Shown here one piece after another: positions 60,639 through 64,000 of a stretch of 64,000 nt of DNA. Position 1 is the stretch's first letter. Every line of letters begins with the position of its first letter. The translations under genes and the position numbers were made by a program. Location of the stretch: positions 2,914,001 to 2,978,000 of the forward strand of contig NC_086385.1 in the NCBI RefSeq assembly GCF_036588685.1, read 5' to 3'. The notes below the pieces were generated by a model. The model was not told the DNA's origin and ran no database searches. It saw nothing but the letters and a program-made list of their open reading frames with translations. The DNA is from Mytilus trossulus. Lineage: Eukaryota.

Positions 60639-62703
60639 AATACAAATACAAATACAAATATGAAATACAAATATAAATATAAATACAAATACAATACAAT
60701 AAATACAATTCAATACAATACAATTCACTACAAGGTATAAAGACGACAAAGGAGGGCAGTATAAACTTACAAACAATTCATTACACTGATTATTATTATT
60801 AATTAATGATGTAATGTAATATAGAACAGAAAAGAAAATAGAAAAAGAACAGATATGTATATATATAAATTATCTATGTAGCGTATATGAATGTTGAGGC
60901 ATATACTTGAATTTCTAGGAATTTGGTGCCATGATAAATGATACCATTATATAAAAGAGGTTATACGATACAGTATACACTTTAAACACGAATTCAAAGT
61001 GATTCATAACAAAAGTTTACTTTGTAATTATAGACTGCTGTATCTATCATGTATATTGCAGCTGTTGAAATTGCTACTGTGCAGTGCTATAAATACATCA
61101 TATACATTCTAATTGCATTTGCTATATAGAAATAATCACTCAATTATCTTTTATAGTAAGTCTAGGTGCATTACACTTCAAAACATTCTCATTGCTTTGA
61201 TATGTATTAGAATGTAAGCATTTCTGAGGGGCGTTAACCTTGTAGATCAGAGAGAAGCTGAACTACATGTGATTCAAATAGAAGTAATATATAAATATTG
61301 TTACAGTATCTTTTCTATAGTTTAAAATAAGGGGCTTTTTTAATAAATAACAAAGAAAAGGTCATAAATTCCCTAGATGCAGTGACTTTCAGAAGATGTT
61401 TTACAGCTATGGATTTGGAATAAAATCTTAAAGGCGTGTATTTTCTGTTATCAAATTGATACCTTATCATTGATTATGCATGATATTAAATGATAATACT
61501 TATACTGTAGTTTTACTATCGTGCGTTTGTACATTGTTTTAATGAAACTGAAGAATTTGTTAATTTTTATCCAAGAGTAGACTTAAATTTTACACTTACC
61601 CAGACGCGTGTCTCGTCTACAAAATAGTCATTAGTGAAAGGTAAAATAAAGTACGAAGTTGAAGAGCATTAAGGACCGAAATTTATAGATTATATGATAT
61701 GATTGAATGAATGAACAATAGATGAATAAACATAAGTAAGAGATATTCTTTTTGAATGAAAATTGCATTCTTTCTGTCTTCCAATATCATGCCCTCTGAT
61801 TGGTTAAAGGTAAAATGTACGATGTTGACTAGGTGGTATGGGCTTTGCTCATCGTTGAAGGCCTTGCGACGACCTATAGCTGTTAATTTCTGTGTCATTT
61901 TTGTGGAGAGTTGTCTCATTGGCAATCATACCACATCTTCTTTTTTATAAGTCTAAATACGAACAATTACAAATCAGAAACTGAAAAGGAATATATTCAA
62001 AAGTTGCATTCGAAACAGAATCTGTAATTTCTGGAGTATCGAAAATACCCATTAAGACTTTTCCAATTATTAGCCCGACAATGAACATATTCGACACCAA
62101 CTGATTTGGAGTTATTAGCCCAACAAAATATTTATCCGATACCAATTTATTTGGAGTTATTAGCCTGACAAGCCACACATTATTCTGACAAACCAACTAA
62201 CTGATTAGTTTAATAGGAAAGTTAAATGAAACATAATACGTTATGTGATACTTCGAATATCAGAATGTTTAATAAACATGACCTCGTCCTGAAATGTATC
62301 TGATATTTGCAACTGAACACTAAACGCCAATCATTTCATTCATCAATTCTTTCGTTTTTTGTAGATGAATAATTAATAGTATTTCCAATAAAAATCATAT
62401 AGAAGACGCAAGTGTTAAAGTTTTCGGCAAAAATAGAAAATGACAATTAAATTAATAAAGCAATTTACAAAACACAAAAACGAAAATAAAATTGAAAAAA
62501 TTGAAAAAAAACTGACAAACTGAGTGAGAAAAAAAAAACCGTTTAATTCCTAAATTGGAAAATTTTCCAGAGATAAATGGTGGGTTAAATCTGGTTTTAA
62601 AGCTAGCTAAAACTCCCACCTGTATGACAGTTGTTTATAATTACATTTTTCCATTACTTTTTCATATCCACTTTAGTGATACTCATTGTATTGGATGGAA
62701 GCA

Positions 62704-63240
62704 AGTCATTTCGTACCATGACCATTTCGTACCTCTGCCATTTCGTACCCATATTTGCCATTTCGTACCCAACATTTACCATTTCGTACCCACGATAATA
62801 TCCATTTCGTACCCTATGGACCAAATGCATCTACCAATTCGTACCTCATGGACCTTATACGTGTTAACTTTTTCGTATCATGTTTTTATTTGCGTAAATA
62901 TAAAATTGTATTCCTTGTATCTATGATGAGTTTACTTTACTTTTAAACATACAAACCTTCCATGATGTACGAAATAGTATACTTATAAATCATCAATGAG
63001 GCACATAATGGTAAACATATATAATTCTTCCATGATGTACGAAATGGTATACTTATAAATCTTTCATGAGGTACAGAATGGTAAACATATAAATTTTCAA
63101 AAGGGTAAGAAATGGTTCACCATATAAATTTTCTACGAGGTACGAAATGGTATACATGTTAATATTCCATGAAGTACGAAATGGTCAAGGTACGTAATGG
63201 TCAGGGTACGAAATGGGTTTTGCCAGGGTACGAAATGACT
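62704..63240. mobile_element. MITE with subterminal CATTTCGTACC repeats
   Basis: AGTCATTTCGTACC / GGTACGAAATGACT inverted ends and multiple inverted subterminal copies; TSD not resolved. Confidence 0.75.
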
Positions 63241-63249
63241 ATAATTATT

Positions 63250-64000
63250 GTACTGACACTAACTTTTACATTTTACATGACTTTAGTGATGAGCATTGTA
63301 TTGGACTGCCACTAACTATTACATTTACATGACTTTAGTGATGAGCATTGTATTGGACTGCCACTAACTATTACATTTACATGACTTTAGTGATGAGCAT
63401 TGTATTGGACTGCCACTAACTTTTACATTTTCCAAGACTTTAGTGATGAGCATTGTATTGGACTGCCACTAACTTTTACATTTACATGACTTCAGTGATG
63501 AGCATTGTATTGGACTGCCACTAACTATTACATTTACATGACTTTAGTGATGAGCATTGTATTGGACTGCCACTAACTTTTACATTTACATGACTTTAGT
63601 GATGAGCATTGTATTGGACTGCCACTAACTATTACATTTACATGACTTTAGTGATGATCATTGTATTGGACTGCAACTAACTATTACATTTACATGACTT
63701 TAGTGATGAGCATTGTATTGGACTGCCACTAACTATTACATTTACATGACTTTAGTGATGAGCATTGTATTGGACTGCCACTAACTTTTACATTTACATG
63801 ACTTTAGTGATGAGCATTGTATTGGACTGCCAATAACTTTTACATTTACATGACTTTAGTGATGAGCAATGTATTGGACTGCCACTAACTACATGTATTA
63901 CATTTACATGACTTTAGTGATGAGCATTGTATTGGACTGCCACTAACTATTACATTTACATGACTTTAGTGATGAGCATTGTATTGGACTGCCACTAACT
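63250..64000. repeat. 52-bp satellite running off the window
   Basis: Unit GACTTTAGTGATGAGCATTGTATTGGACTGCCACTAACTATTACATTTACAT. Confidence 0.97.

Noticed and set aside
60124-60776. ORFs spanning the N run
   Set aside because: Artefacts of the assembly gap.
63250-64000. Hammerhead in the 52-bp satellite (TGATGAG)
   Set aside because: Lacks the C of CUGAUGA and has no GAAA or helix II.

Overview
AT-rich, transposon-dense eukaryotic DNA. The repeat motifs look bivalve or mussel-like, which is my inference and cannot be verified here. The main feature is a Penelope-like retroelement of the N-terminal-GIY-YIG (Naiad) type at ~48800-53787 (+). Its ~1000-codon frame is interrupted by five in-frame TGA codons, all at positions that read as conserved cysteines. 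A canonical eukaryotic SECIS hairpin sits in its 3' UTR, so it looks like a retrotransposon encoding a multi-selenocysteine protein. This copy also has a small frameshifting deletion in the RT. A 5'-truncated sister copy carrying the same SECIS lies at ~15627-17273. Other contents: a near-intact LINE (PHD-finger ORF1, APE-RT ORF2, minus strand) inserted into the TIR of a non-autonomous DNA transposon; an old LINE broken up by nested insertions; three large satellite arrays (55, 56 and 52 bp); Helentron-type (HINE) elements; many non-autonomous DNA transposons with clean TSDs of 2-8 bp; a cluster of tiny palindromes with 7-bp TSDs that resemble P-element excision footprints; a minimal hammerhead ribozyme; and the first two exons of an EF-hand calcium-binding gene running into an assembly gap. 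Most short ORFs in the supplied track, including all those in the satellites, are artefacts.
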